Assembly: GCA_963738405.1 (NCBI GenBank) | Contig: CAVTWJ010000018.1 | Location: forward strand, 1 to 64,000 | Direction of reading: 5' to 3' | DNA length: 64,000 nucleotides | DNA from: a candidate division FCPU426 bacterium | GTDB lineage: Bacteria > Oederibacteriota > Muellerivitia > Muellerivitales > Muellerivitaceae | In this document: in pieces, positions 42,098 to 52,931 of the stretch | How positions within the stretch are numbered: position 1 is the stretch's first letter | Layout: the number at the start of each line of letters is the position of its first letter | The notes under the pieces: generated by a model | Databases searched by the model: none | The model's input: only the letters and a program-made list of their open reading frames with translations | What the model was told of the DNA's origin: nothing | Position numbers and translations under genes: made by a program

Positions 42098-42463
42098 ACT
42101 TCTTTAACTAAATCCTTTCTAACTAGAACCTTTTACCCACAATGGATTCAGAATAGATTCACAAAGGTATTAGTTTCCGTTATTAAAATAATTTTTACTA
42201 TTTAATACACAGCCAAAAGTTAAGAAGCTGGGGAAGAAATGAGGATCATTGGGGATAAAGACCAAACTCATTGCGGGGTTGTTAATTTCCTTTATAATAC
42301 CCCCAATTTACACACAGGCTAAAAGACTGATTTTTCCATATCTTTATGCTTGATTCGGCTTTTCTACACAAACCCACAAAGCCTACTACTACTTCTAATT
42401 CCTTTTAAATTTAAAAGTCTTTCAGTTAAAGTCTCTTTAATCGATGACTACAGGAGTTACTTT
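42098..42463. other. oriC: oriC unwinding region (DnaA boxes, DnaA-trios, AT-rich tract)
   Basis: TTACCCACA 42133, TGGGGATAA 42250, tandem TTCTACACA-AACCCACA 42362-42378, then CTACTACTACTTCTA from 42383 and an AT tract. Confidence 0.9.
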
Positions 42464-43585
42464 ATGAAAGTTGTTTTAACCCGAAGTGATTTCCAAAAGG
42501 GAATTTCAACAGTTCAGAGCGCAGTAGCTGCGAAAAATACCATGCCGATATTGGCTAATGTTCTCTTGGAAGCTAGGGATAAAAAACTTGAGTTTGTGGC
42601 TACTGATTTGGATATGGGTATTCGTTGTAGTGTTCCAGCGGAGGTAGTTGAAAAGGGAAGTATTACATTAAATGCGAAAAAATTGGCGGATATAGTTCGG
42701 GAACTTCCTGACGCCTCTGTTGACATTGAAATTGACGATAATCATAAAGTGATTCTTGTTTGTAAAAAATCAAACTTTAAAATTCATGGGTTACCAAAAG
42801 ATGATTTTCCAATTCTTCCAGAAGTTAAAAAAGATAAGGCTTTTAAAGTTAATGGGGTTCTTTTACAAGAAATGATTAGGAAAACAATTTTCGCGGTATC
42901 CAGCGATGAAACCAGATATGTCCTAAATGGTGTTTTTTTTCAGGCCGAAAATGGAAAACTTCGAATGGTCGCGACTGATGGCCATCGACTAGCTTTTATT
43001 CAGAAAAAAATGGAAGCAAAAAATGACGATAAATGCAGCGTCATTATTCCAACAAAAACTTTGAACGAGCTTTCCAAGGTTATTTCAGAAGTTGGAAAAG
43101 GTGAGGAAGAAAAGGAAACAACAGTCGAGATTATGGCCACCGATAATCAAATTAAATTTATGGTAGAAGGCGTTGAAATTGTTTCAAGACTCATCGAGGG
43201 ACAATTTCCCAACTATGAACAGGTGATTCCAAAGGAATCTGATAAAAAAATTGAGGCTTCCACGGAGGAATTGGCCGCAGCCACCCGCCGTGTCGCTATT
43301 TTAACGACTGAAAAATCCAATTCCATTCGATACCAAGCAAAAGGAAATAAACTTTCCGTTTCTTCAAAAACGCCCGATATGGGGGAAGCGAAAGAAGAAA
43401 TCGACGTAGTTTATAAAGGTGAAGAAATCAGTATTGCCTACAATTCAAAGTATGTTTTGGATGTTCTCAAAAACGTGGATACTAAGGAAATAAGCTTGGA
43501 ATTAACCCAGCCTTTGAGCCCTGGCATTATCCGGCCCAAGGGTGATCCTGATTACCTGTGCGTCATTATGCCAATGAGGGTTTAA
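42464..43585 (+). CDS. dnaN: DNA polymerase III beta clamp
   Basis: ATDLD, ETRYVLNG, VATDGHRL, SRLIEGQFPNY, VIMPMRV; AGGAG RBS before ATG 42464. Confidence 0.99.
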   Translation: MKVVLTRSDFQKGISTVQSAVAAKNTMPILANVLLEARDKKLEFVATDLDMGIRCSVPAEVVEKGSITLNAKKLADIVRELPDASVDIEIDDNHKVILVCKKSNFKIHGLPKDDFPILPEVKKDKAFKVNGVLLQEMIRKTIFAVSSDETRYVLNGVFFQAENGKLRMVATDGHRLAFIQKKMEAKNDDKCSVIIPTKTLNELSKVISEVGKGEEEKETTVEIMATDNQIKFMVEGVEIVSRLIEGQFPNYEQVIPKESDKKIEASTEELAAATRRVAILTTEKSNSIRYQAKGNKLSVSSKTPDMGEAKEEIDVVYKGEEISIAYNSKYVLDVLKNVDTKEISLELTQPLSPGIIRPKGDPDYLCVIMPMRV

Positions 43586-43644
43586 AGACATAGATTTAGA
43601 AGGCCAGTTTTGGTTTGGGGGAAGAATCGTACTTTAGTTTTTAC

Positions 43645-43824
43645 TTAAGAATATAAAAACGCCGTAGGTTTCTTTTCATTCGCTTTCTGCAATACCATTT
43701 GATCAAAACAATCTGAGCAATAAAATAAATGTCTTTCCACCCGTCCCTTTTCAGGAGAATTCAATCGGGATTGACTGTAATCCATTAATAATTTTCGAAC
43801 ATCTTCGCAGCGAATTTCTTCCAT
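43645..43824 (-). CDS. Small zf-HC2 (ZAS anti-sigma-type zinc finger) protein
   Basis: CEDVRKLLMDY...VERHLFYCSDC (HxxxCxxC). Confidence 0.7.
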   Translation of the reverse strand: MEEIRCEDVRKLLMDYSQSRLNSPEKGRVERHLFYCSDCFDQMVLQKANEKKPTAFLYS

Positions 43825-44046
43825 GGGGTTAGCCTCTATCGTCAGTTGTTGCAGGCCCAATGCCATCTTCAAAACTGTTATTTTGATTCAATATGTAGCA
43901 TTTTTAGTCTTAGAAGGTGTCATATATGAGCCAAAGAAGGATCGACAAGACAAACTTTAGACATGTGTTATTTTATCCCCGACACGTCCAAGTAAAATGT
44001 TTGAAAACGCCATGAACCTGCCAGTAGTTTTTAAGGATTTTCACCA

Positions 44047-47028
44047 TTGGTAAAAACTTTATCCACCCATGTCATATCCCTTCTGGAATCACGGGAGGAT
44101 TTAAGAGACCGTATAAAGCATGTGGAGTTAATTCCGGCGGCAGACGCACGATTTAGTACCTGGCCGAAAAACCTTTCGCCTGAATTGCTAAAGATATTAA
44201 AAAGCTCCGGATTTGAGTCGGCCTGGATTCACCAGTCGCGTGTCATAGACGCCCTTTTTGAGGGAAAACATGCCGCAGTCACGACCCCAACCGCCTCGGG
44301 TAAAACGCTCTGCTTTAACCTTCCCGTCTTTCATTCGGTCTTGGAAAATCCGCAAAACAGGGCCCTTTATCTTTATCCCATGAAAGCCTTAGCGCAGGAT
44401 CAATTAAAAAACCTTATGGAATGGAAAGGACGCTTCAAAACCAACCGTCTTCCGGTTTTTACCGCTGAGATTTACGATGGGGACACCCCAACGGGGATAC
44501 GGACGAAAATTCGAAAAAACCCGCCTAATATTCTTCTCTCCAATCCTGACATGCTGCATCTTGGAATTTTGGCTTATCACGACGCTTGGGCTGAGTTTCT
44601 TAAAAATCTAAAGTTTGTGATCATTGATGAAGCCCACAGTTACCGGGGCATTTTCGGCTCCCATGTAGCGCATGTGATCCGGCGCCTTCGCAGGGTTTGC
44701 CGCTATTACGGCTCGGATCCCAGGTTTGTGACTTGCTCAGCCACCCTGGGAAATCCGGATGAATTTTTGAAAGGTCTTACGGGCCTCGATTTTGAAATCA
44801 TTTTCGAATCCGGGGCGCCCCAGAACCAAAAGACATTTGTTTTATGGAATCCGGATGGGGGTTCGCCTTACACCGAGACGGTCACACTTATAATTGAATG
44901 TCTGAAAGCCGGTATGAAAACCATTGTTTTTACCAAGGCCAGAAAGATTACCGAACTGATTAGCATGTGGATCAATCAAGCCAGACCCGAGTGGAGCTCA
45001 AAAATACGCAGTTACCGCGCAGGCTACCTGCCGGAAGAAAGGCGGGAAATTGAGGCGTTACTTTTTAAGGATGAGTTGAACGCGGTTATCTCTACCTCGG
45101 CCCTTGAAGTGGGTATCGATGTGGGGGGGCTTGATGCCTGCATATTGGTGGGTTACCCCGGAACCATGATCTCCACCTGGCAGCGTTCCGGCCGGGTAGG
45201 CCGGGGAGCATCCCCTTCGGTGGTGTTTCTTGTGGGTATGGCCGACGCCATGGATCAGTACTGGATGAAGCACCCGGCTAAGTTTTTCAGCATGAAACCC
45301 GAGTCCCTTATGGTGGGGTTTGAGAACGAAATCATCGCCAAGAATCATCTTCGTTGTGCGGCTTCTGAAATACCCCTGACCCTTGAAGGGGATGAGCCCT
45401 ATTACGGGCCCATTTTAGGCCAGTGGTTAAAACCCATGGCCCAGGAGGGTTTAATTTTGGAAACGGTCGCCGGAGGAAAATACCTGGTGACAGATAAGAA
45501 CCCGCAAAGAGGAGTCAGCATCCGTGAAATGGGAGAAGGCTATTCCATTATCCGCCAAGATACGGGCGAAATGATCGGTACCATCGACGGGGCAAGGGCC
45601 TTCCGGGATTGTCACCCGGGGGCGGTGTATCTGCACCAGGGAATCCAATATGTGGTGAAGGATCTCCAGTGGGAGCAACACAAGATAATGGTTCTGGACG
45701 AGCCGGTAGACTATTACACTCAGGTCAATTACGAGGAAGAAACTGAAATTTTGGAAGAAGAAAATCGAAGGCCCCTGGGGTCGGTCAAAAGCCGATGCGC
45801 GATCCATTTTGGCAGGGTCAAGATTACCCAACGGTTTATTAATTTCGAGGTCCACAGACTTTTAGATCAGGGGTTGGTTTCAACCTACCCGCTGACTCTT
45901 CCGCCACAGACATTTGAAACCAAAGCCCTTTGGATGATCCTGCCGGATACCCTTCAAAGCGAATTGACAGATCGAAAACTTCATTTCATGGGAGGGCTTC
46001 ACGCTACGGAACATGGAACCATCGCCATGATGCCACTACATGTCGTGTGTGACCGTTGGGATTTGGGGGGAATTTCTACCCCCGCCCATCCCCAGGTACC
46101 CCAGCCCGTCATCTTTATTTACGATGGATACCCGGGAGGAGTCGGCTTAACCCAAAGAGCCTACGAAACCATGGAAGAATTGCTCACGACTACTTTCGAG
46201 ATGATAAGGGACTGTGGGTGCGAGGAAGGCTGTCCCTCCTGTATTCAATCCCCTAAATGTGGAAGCGGGAACCATCCTTTGGACAAGGAGGGATCCTTAA
46301 GAATCTTAGGGCACATTCTCGGCCGGGAAGATTTAAAAACCGAATCCAGTTCTTCAAAAAGGGAGACGAATTCTTACAGAAACATGACTACCGACTCCTT
46401 ATTTCCAGAAAAGACGCACGCTCCATTGCCCCCTCAAACGACGCCGGGACCCAAGTTGGCGATGACCCGGGAAACGCCCCCTGCGAAGACCGAAACGGTC
46501 GTGTTTGATATCGAAACCCAATACTTGGCAGCTGAAATCAAGGGAGGCTGGGGGAACTTGCCGGGCATGAAGCTCTCGTGCGCGGTGGTTTATGACGTTA
46601 AATTGGAAGAGTATTTCACCTATGTGGAGGAAACGGTCCAGGACTTATTGAAGCATCTTCAAGGCGCCAGCCTCGTGATTGGTTTTAATACCCTTCGATT
46701 TGATTATGGGGTTTTGCAAGGCTACGCTTCCTACAATCTTCAAAATCTGACTTCACTTGATTTGATGGCGGATCTTCAAAGCAAGTTAAAGCACCGCCTT
46801 TCCCTGGCCCATCTTGCGGAACACACCCTGGGAGGCGCGGAAAAAAGTGCGGATGGTTTACTGGCCGTGAAATGGTGGCGCGAGGGAAAGTTTGAGCAGG
46901 TGATTGATTATTGCCGCCAAGATGTAAAGCTAACGCATGATTTGTGGATGTTTGGAAAAGAGAAGGGGTATGTTCTTTTTAAGCATAAACAAACGAATGA
47001 AATCGTGAAATGTCCGGTTAAATGGTGA
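44047..47028 (+). CDS. YprA/MrfA/Hrq1-family DEAH helicase (DUF1998) fused to a DEDD 3'-5' exonuclease
   Basis: PTASGKT, DEAH, SAT, QRSGRVGR, CGCEEGCPSC; C-terminal FDIET / GFN...FD / YCRQD. Confidence 0.93.
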   Translation: MVKTLSTHVISLLESREDLRDRIKHVELIPAADARFSTWPKNLSPELLKILKSSGFESAWIHQSRVIDALFEGKHAAVTTPTASGKTLCFNLPVFHSVLENPQNRALYLYPMKALAQDQLKNLMEWKGRFKTNRLPVFTAEIYDGDTPTGIRTKIRKNPPNILLSNPDMLHLGILAYHDAWAEFLKNLKFVIIDEAHSYRGIFGSHVAHVIRRLRRVCRYYGSDPRFVTCSATLGNPDEFLKGLTGLDFEIIFESGAPQNQKTFVLWNPDGGSPYTETVTLIIECLKAGMKTIVFTKARKITELISMWINQARPEWSSKIRSYRAGYLPEERREIEALLFKDELNAVISTSALEVGIDVGGLDACILVGYPGTMISTWQRSGRVGRGASPSVVFLVGMADAMDQYWMKHPAKFFSMKPESLMVGFENEIIAKNHLRCAASEIPLTLEGDEPYYGPILGQWLKPMAQEGLILETVAGGKYLVTDKNPQRGVSIREMGEGYSIIRQDTGEMIGTIDGARAFRDCHPGAVYLHQGIQYVVKDLQWEQHKIMVLDEPVDYYTQVNYEEETEILEEENRRPLGSVKSRCAIHFGRVKITQRFINFEVHRLLDQGLVSTYPLTLPPQTFETKALWMILPDTLQSELTDRKLHFMGGLHATEHGTIAMMPLHVVCDRWDLGGISTPAHPQVPQPVIFIYDGYPGGVGLTQRAYETMEELLTTTFEMIRDCGCEEGCPSCIQSPKCGSGNHPLDKEGSLRILGHILGREDLKTESSSSKRETNSYRNMTTDSLFPEKTHAPLPPQTTPGPKLAMTRETPPAKTETVVFDIETQYLAAEIKGGWGNLPGMKLSCAVVYDVKLEEYFTYVEETVQDLLKHLQGASLVIGFNTLRFDYGVLQGYASYNLQNLTSLDLMADLQSKLKHRLSLAHLAEHTLGGAEKSADGLLAVKWWREGKFEQVIDYCRQDVKLTHDLWMFGKEKGYVLFKHKQTNEIVKCPVKW

Positions 47029-47184
47029 GGGCCGACAAATGGCTTTTTATTGTGCATATTCCTCCAAAAATTGACGGGAATCCTAAAGTCCCTCCGATGA
47101 GAGGTGAAACGCCCCTCCTTGTAAATTAGTTCAAGGATGGTTATTTTATCGTTCACAACCGGTTACAACCTGGGAAAGGTTTTT

Positions 47185-48396
47185 ATGCCTAAGAAATCGA
47201 AAGTCAATGTCCACGGTCTCCATGAGCAATTAATGTCGCTCAACCGCATCGGCATCGCTCTTTCCAGGGAACAGGATCTCAATCAGCTTCTAACCCTGAT
47301 CCTCACCGAAAGTCGGCAATTCACCAGCGCCGAAGCCGGAAGTTTGTATGTCCGCGAGGGAAATCAACTTAGGTTTTCCGTAAGCCAAAACGATGTTTTG
47401 GAGGCCCGGAAAAAGGCCGAAGCCAAGGCTCAAAAAAAGCCTCTGGAGGTTGTACCCTCCACCTTCACCGGTTTTTATGTATCGCTGGATAAAAGCTCGC
47501 TCGCGGGTTATGTCGGAGTCACCGCTAAGGTATTGAACCTGCCGGACGCTTACAAAATCCCAGCCTCCAAGGAATACCGTTTTAACCGCTCGTTTGACGA
47601 AAAGAACAATTACCGTACGAAAAGCATGCTGATCGTCCCAATGAAAGACGCCTCCAGCAACGTGGTGGGGGTCTTGCAGCTGATCAATGCCCGCAATGGC
47701 AAACAGATCGTTGCCTTTGACAAGCATTTCGAGAATATGGTGCTCTCCCTCGCAAGCCAAGCGGCCATCGCCATCAAAAACGCTCTCTTGACCCAGGAAT
47801 TGAAGGAAGCTTATTTGGACACGATATTCCGTCTGTCTGTCGCGGCGGAATACAAGGATGACGATACAGCGGTGCATATTCACCGCATGAGCCGTTATTC
47901 GGCCATATTGGCGGAAGGACTTGGGCTATCCGCACATGAAGTGGAAAGTATCCGGTATGCTTCGCCCATGCATGATATTGGGAAACTAGGAGTACCCGAT
48001 TCTATCCTTATGAAACCGGGAAAATTAACTCCTGCGGAATTTAAAGAGATGCAGAACCATACCGTTTTCGGCGGAAAGATATTGGAAAACGCGAAGGCCG
48101 AGTTGTTAAAAGTATCGGAAGAGATCGCTATGACCCATCATGAAAAATGGGATGGCTCGGGTTACCCGAGAGGGCTCAAAGGCGACAACATTCCCCTGAC
48201 CGGACGGATTGTCGCTCTTGCGGATGTGTTTGATGCGCTCACCACCAAACGCTGCTATAAGCCGGCCTTTTCGCTTGAGGAATCTCTCCGCATCATTCGG
48301 GAAGGGACCGGGCGTCATTTTGACCCGAACGTCATTCAAGCTTTTAACAACAATTTAGAAAGAATTCTCGCGGTCAAGGCGCAATTCAGCAGTTAA
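47185..48396 (+). CDS. GAF + HD-GYP c-di-GMP phosphodiesterase
   Basis: GAF (GVLQLIN), MHDIGK, HHEKWDGSGYP. Confidence 0.95.
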   Translation: MPKKSKVNVHGLHEQLMSLNRIGIALSREQDLNQLLTLILTESRQFTSAEAGSLYVREGNQLRFSVSQNDVLEARKKAEAKAQKKPLEVVPSTFTGFYVSLDKSSLAGYVGVTAKVLNLPDAYKIPASKEYRFNRSFDEKNNYRTKSMLIVPMKDASSNVVGVLQLINARNGKQIVAFDKHFENMVLSLASQAAIAIKNALLTQELKEAYLDTIFRLSVAAEYKDDDTAVHIHRMSRYSAILAEGLGLSAHEVESIRYASPMHDIGKLGVPDSILMKPGKLTPAEFKEMQNHTVFGGKILENAKAELLKVSEEIAMTHHEKWDGSGYPRGLKGDNIPLTGRIVALADVFDALTTKRCYKPAFSLEESLRIIREGTGRHFDPNVIQAFNNNLERILAVKAQFSS

Positions 48397-48409
48397 CGTT
48401 GGATTCATT

Positions 48410-48445
48410 AAAAAGGCGGATCGGCTTCCCGATCCGCCTTTTTTT
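48410..48445. terminator. Bidirectional intrinsic terminator
   Basis: A5-GGCGGATCGG/CCGATCCGCC-T7 between convergent ORFs. Confidence 0.85.
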
Positions 48446-48471
48446 GTTGGATCGTTGAAAGTAAAAGACGA

Positions 48472-48756
48472 TCACAAGAAAGATTTAATTTCGTACCCTC
48501 TCTCGATTAAAAAATCATCCACACGCCGGCCCACCAAAATCAGCTCCTCGCCCTTTAATGTTTCGCCAAAGTGTTTCTCAAGAATCTTTCCAACCCTTTC
48601 CAGCAGTGCGATTTGGACCCTTCTGTGGCGCAAAATTTTACTCTGATGGGTTCGAACCATATCGAACCAACGCTGGTGGGGAAAATCGATCGATGTAAGG
48701 ATTTCTGTGGTCAGACAGGAATCAAGTAATCCATGGATTTGCCGAAGCCGGTCCAT
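48472..48756 (-). CDS. Hypothetical protein (94 aa)
   Basis: ATG ORF ending at the bidirectional terminator; no motif recognised. Confidence 0.5.
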   Translation of the reverse strand: MDRLRQIHGLLDSCLTTEILTSIDFPHQRWFDMVRTHQSKILRHRRVQIALLERVGKILEKHFGETLKGEELILVGRRVDDFLIERGYEIKSFL

Positions 48757-49000
48757 AAAGCGCCTGATCTATGAAAATGGAATTAATAACCCTTATGGGT
48801 TTAATGTTAAACTGTTTTATAGAAATATCCAAGGAAAACCGTTTAACCTAGAACCTTCTTTTTAAGCTAAAAGGGTAGGTTTATTTAGTTTTTTGGGCTT
48901 AGGTTGACCCTTTTAAAAGGTACTGGGCATAATGTCGCCTTCTTTGGGCCTTACATCTTTCCTCGCCCGCCCTTAGCCAAAATTTATCAAGGAGTTTTCA

Positions 49001-49624
49001 ATGACTAAACAACTGATCGCAGGAGTTTGTTTGGCCCTACTGTCATTCGTACCAGCCATCGCTCAACAGGGGGCGCCAGCCCCAGCACCCGCGGCCGCGC
49101 CGGCCGTTAAGGCAAAGACCAAACCCGTAAACGACGAAGCAGGAATCAAAAAGATGTTCGATGAGTTTTCCCAAGCTTGGGCCGCAGGTGATGCCAAGGC
49201 CATGGCCTCCCATTGGGTGAAGGATGGTTCACTGATTAACCCCTTTGGTCAAGATGCTTGGACCCGCGAGGATGTTGAAAAAATTGTCGCTGCCGATACC
49301 CAAATGATGAAGGGTTCAACACAAACCTTTGACGACTACAAGTTTCGCTTCGTTTTGCCGGGATTCGCTCTGGTGGATTGCACCGCAACGGTGGGGGGTA
49401 TGAAAAATGCCGATGGAACGGACGCCCCGGTTCAAAAGTTTCATCTCTACTCGGCTGTAGCCTTGAGGGATAAAACCTGGTATGCCCTATCGATTCGTCC
49501 CTATGCTTTTGTGCCGATGCCCGGCGCGGCGGCAGCGGCACCTGCGGCGGATACAACTCTTCCTCCTGCCGTTTCCACACCCAGCGCCACGCCTTCCCTA
49601 CCATTACCTGCGGATAATAAGTAG
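49001..49624 (+). CDS. Secreted NTF2/SnoaL-like (DUF4440, SgcJ/EcaC-like) protein
   Basis: Signal peptide, AWAAGDAKAMASHW..D...INPFG; AAGGAG RBS. Confidence 0.8.
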   Translation: MTKQLIAGVCLALLSFVPAIAQQGAPAPAPAAAPAVKAKTKPVNDEAGIKKMFDEFSQAWAAGDAKAMASHWVKDGSLINPFGQDAWTREDVEKIVAADTQMMKGSTQTFDDYKFRFVLPGFALVDCTATVGGMKNADGTDAPVQKFHLYSAVALRDKTWYALSIRPYAFVPMPGAAAAAPAADTTLPPAVSTPSATPSLPLPADNK

Positions 49625-49643
49625 TTTTTTAATAGCAGAAGCT

Positions 49644-49679
49644 AAAAGCCTTCCCCATTTAGGGGAAGGCTTTTTTTTT
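49644..49679 (+). terminator. Intrinsic terminator
   Basis: GCCTTCCCC/GGGGAAGGC plus T9. Confidence 0.85.
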
Positions 49680-49748
49680 CAGATTTTTTTAGTTATTCGT
49701 GGAATGATAGAAAAATAAATTTAACTGATTTTAAAGAAGGCCGAAGGC

Positions 49749-50888
49749 ATGGGTTCAAACCAAGTCGTCATCGTGGGGGGGGGCGTCATTGGGCTTTCCA
49801 TCGCCTATCACCTAAATGAAAAGGGTATCCAGCCGATCTTGTTGGAAAAGTCAGCCTTTGCTCGGGAAGCTTCATGGGCCGGCGGTGGTTTTCTAGATCT
49901 TCGCAGCGCTTCCCGGGTCGATCCCGAATTCTTTTATTTTTGCAGCAAGTCCTTTCATCTTTTTCCGGACTGGTGTGAAAAGTTAAAAAAAGAAAGCGGG
50001 GTCGATCCTGAGTTTGTACGATCGGGAAGCTTGGACTTGGCCTTTAATGAAGAGGAGGAATCGTCCATCCGCTTGATGGAAAAATCCATGGGAACTTATG
50101 AAGAAAAGGGAAGCTGGCTAACTCCGAAAGAAGTTCTAAAAATTCAACCGAACCTTTCTCCCCACTTGAAATCGGCTTTTTTCGTGGAGGGGACAAGCCA
50201 AATCCGACCGCCCCGATTGGGAAGGGCGCTATTGGAGTTCCTTCAAAGCAAAGGGACACAATTAAGAGACCGGGAACCGGCAGAGGATTTTATTTTGCAA
50301 GGAAGTAGGGTCACGGCCGTAAAAACTTCCAAGGGAACCCTTGAGGCGGATCAAGTGGTTTTAACGGCGGGTCCCTGGACGGGGGCCTTGTGTGAAAAAC
50401 TTCAATTTTCAATCCCCACCCAGCCCATCCGGGGGCAGGCCATCCTGTTTAAAGATGATCCCGGCCTGGTGAAACATATCCTTTTTACGGGCTTGGGAAA
50501 GAATTTTGTTTATATGGTACCCCGCTTGGACGGCCGTCTTTTTGTCGGGAGTACCTTGGAAAACGCCGGGTTTGAAAAAGCGGTCACGCCCGAGGGAGAA
50601 GAAAAACTGCAAAGGGGCGCCCGGTTTCTTTGCCCCCACCTGACCCCCGACCGGGTGGAATACCGTTGGTCGGGTTTACGGACCGGTTCGGTGGACGGCT
50701 GGCCCTATCTGGGAAGGCTTCCCGGCTTGGAAAATGTTTGGCTGGCCACGGGCCATTACACCCATGGTCTTTTACAATCGGCGATCACGGGCCGTTTGAT
50801 GGCCCAGGCCCTCACCGGCGAAAAAACCGATTTATCCTTGGAACCCTTCGCGCCTTCCCGTCAGGCCCATTCCAAGGCAGGGTTGTAA
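49749..50888 (+). CDS. thiO: Glycine oxidase ThiO-like FAD oxidoreductase
   Basis: GGGVIG, ASWAGGG, PIRGQ, WSGLR, ATGHY..G.L. Confidence 0.8.
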   Translation: MGSNQVVIVGGGVIGLSIAYHLNEKGIQPILLEKSAFAREASWAGGGFLDLRSASRVDPEFFYFCSKSFHLFPDWCEKLKKESGVDPEFVRSGSLDLAFNEEEESSIRLMEKSMGTYEEKGSWLTPKEVLKIQPNLSPHLKSAFFVEGTSQIRPPRLGRALLEFLQSKGTQLRDREPAEDFILQGSRVTAVKTSKGTLEADQVVLTAGPWTGALCEKLQFSIPTQPIRGQAILFKDDPGLVKHILFTGLGKNFVYMVPRLDGRLFVGSTLENAGFEKAVTPEGEEKLQRGARFLCPHLTPDRVEYRWSGLRTGSVDGWPYLGRLPGLENVWLATGHYTHGLLQSAITGRLMAQALTGEKTDLSLEPFAPSRQAHSKAGL

Positions 50889-50962
50889 TAAAAGACGGTG
50901 TTTTTGGCGTTTTTTAAATTAAAATAATGTCCCTTTAAACCTTCTCATTTAAGGAATTTCGC

Positions 50963-51916
50963 ATGAGCCTTCTGATTACCGGGGCCTATGGTTTTATCGC
51001 CTCGCGCCTGACACACTTCTTGATTCAATCGGGTCAAAATAATTTACTGCTTTGCGATAAGGCGGACTACCTTTCCACCCGGTCCTGCGCTAAGGGCCTC
51101 GAAACTTCTCCTTTTATTGACCGCGACCAGCTGTTGAACCGTCTATCTGATTTAAACGATGTCACCGCCGTTCTCCACCTGGGAGCATGTACCGATACGG
51201 GCAACCACGATGAGGTGTACATGGCGAAGATGAACACCCAATACACCCAGGCCCTTTGGAAATGGTGCTCCGAAAAGCGGCTACCTCTGGTTTACGCCTC
51301 CTCGGGCGCCACCTACGGCCGGGGTGAGGAAGGCTATTCGGACGCCCATTCCGAAACCTCCCGCTACAAACCCCTCAATGTCTATGGAAAGAGCAAACAC
51401 CTCTTCGACCTTTGGGCGCTCGAGCAAAAAACCGCCCCGCCTCGCTGGTACGGCCTGAAGTTTTTTAACGTTTACGGAATGGATGAGAATCATAAGGGCC
51501 GAATGGCCTCGCCCATCTTTCACGGGTTTCATGAAATCGAAAAAACCGGAAAGATGACTCTGTTTCGATCCCACAAGGAAGGCATCGGCGATGGGGAACA
51601 AAAGCGAGACTTCATTTTCGTGGATGACATCGTGAAGCTGTGTCTTTTTTGCCTGAATCAAAACCCGCCGTCGGGCATTTACAATTGCGGTACCGGAACG
51701 GCCCGCACCTTTTTTGACCTGTCCAAGGCGCTTTTCAAGGCCGTGGGAAAAGAGCCAAGAATCGAGTGGGTGGACACCCCGGAAAAATTCCGGTCTGGCT
51801 ACCAATATTTCACCCAGGCCGAAATGGGAAAGATCCGCCAGGCGGGTTATTCCAGGCCCTTTCTTCCAATCGAGGATGGGATTCAAAAATACGTGGAGTG
51901 GTTAAAAAACCAATAG
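50963..51916 (+). CDS. hldD: ADP-L-glycero-D-manno-heptose 6-epimerase
   Basis: [40 protein letters not shown]. Confidence 0.95.
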   Translation: MSLLITGAYGFIASRLTHFLIQSGQNNLLLCDKADYLSTRSCAKGLETSPFIDRDQLLNRLSDLNDVTAVLHLGACTDTGNHDEVYMAKMNTQYTQALWKWCSEKRLPLVYASSGATYGRGEEGYSDAHSETSRYKPLNVYGKSKHLFDLWALEQKTAPPRWYGLKFFNVYGMDENHKGRMASPIFHGFHEIEKTGKMTLFRSHKEGIGDGEQKRDFIFVDDIVKLCLFCLNQNPPSGIYNCGTGTARTFFDLSKALFKAVGKEPRIEWVDTPEKFRSGYQYFTQAEMGKIRQAGYSRPFLPIEDGIQKYVEWLKNQ

Positions 51917-51927
51917 GAGAAATTCGA

Positions 51928-52845
51928 ATGAGTCAAACACCGGTTGTTCTTCAAACCCATATCCCGGGTGCGCCCGAACCCAAGCGGGGCAAGGTGAGGG
52001 ATATCTATGATTTGGGAGACAAACTGCTAATCGTGGTCACCGACCGCATTTCGGCTTTCGATGTTATCATGCCCAACGGCATCCCGGACAAGGGCGTGGT
52101 TTTAAACCAGATTTCACTTTACTGGTTCAAGCAGGTCGAGGGGATTATCCCTAACCACGTGATCTCCACGGATATCTCCACGCTTCCCGAACCCTTTCGG
52201 AAGGCGGAGAGTCAGCTTCTTCACCGCTCCATGATCGTCAAAAAGGCCCAGCCTCTGCCCGCCGAATGCATCGTGCGAGGCTATTTAACCGGGTCGGGGT
52301 TGAAGGAATATCAAAAGACTGGCAAGGTCTGCGGAATCGAACTCCCCAAGGGCTTGGTCGAATCGTCCCGCATTCAGGAACCTATCTTCACCCCCTCTAC
52401 CAAGGCTGAACAGGGCCATGACCTCAATATTTCTTTCGAAGAAATGAAAAAAATATTGAATAACGATTCCGTGGCGGAAAAGGTGAAGGGTACAAGCCTG
52501 ACCATTTATAAAAAGGGCCGGGATGTGGCGGACGCAAAGGGAATCATCATCGCCGATACCAAATTTGAGTTTGGCTTATTGGATGGAAAGTTGATCCTCA
52601 TTGACGAGGTCATGACTCCCGATTCTTCCCGGTTCTGGCCCAAGGTGGATTATCAAGAAGGGGTTTCCCAGAAGAGTTACGACAAGCAATTCGTCCGGGA
52701 TTACCTGGAAACCCTGAAAGATTGGAATAAAACGCCCCCGGGTCCAGTTTTGCCCGGGAATATCGTGGAAAAAACCAGGGAGAAATATGTGGAAGCCTTT
52801 GAGCGTCTCACGGGCCGAAAGTTCGGCGATTTTTCAGCTTATTAA
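51928..52845 (+). CDS. purC: SAICAR synthase
   Basis: [39 protein letters not shown] before ATG 51928. Confidence 0.98.
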   Translation: MSQTPVVLQTHIPGAPEPKRGKVRDIYDLGDKLLIVVTDRISAFDVIMPNGIPDKGVVLNQISLYWFKQVEGIIPNHVISTDISTLPEPFRKAESQLLHRSMIVKKAQPLPAECIVRGYLTGSGLKEYQKTGKVCGIELPKGLVESSRIQEPIFTPSTKAEQGHDLNISFEEMKKILNNDSVAEKVKGTSLTIYKKGRDVADAKGIIIADTKFEFGLLDGKLILIDEVMTPDSSRFWPKVDYQEGVSQKSYDKQFVRDYLETLKDWNKTPPGPVLPGNIVEKTREKYVEAFERLTGRKFGDFSAY

Positions 52846-52931
52846 AGACTTCATGCCTTATTGGGTTGTTTTTTGAAGTTCCAAATGGGCTCAGTTACAA
52901 TAGCCCGCGTTGAATCAAGAGGGAGGACGGA

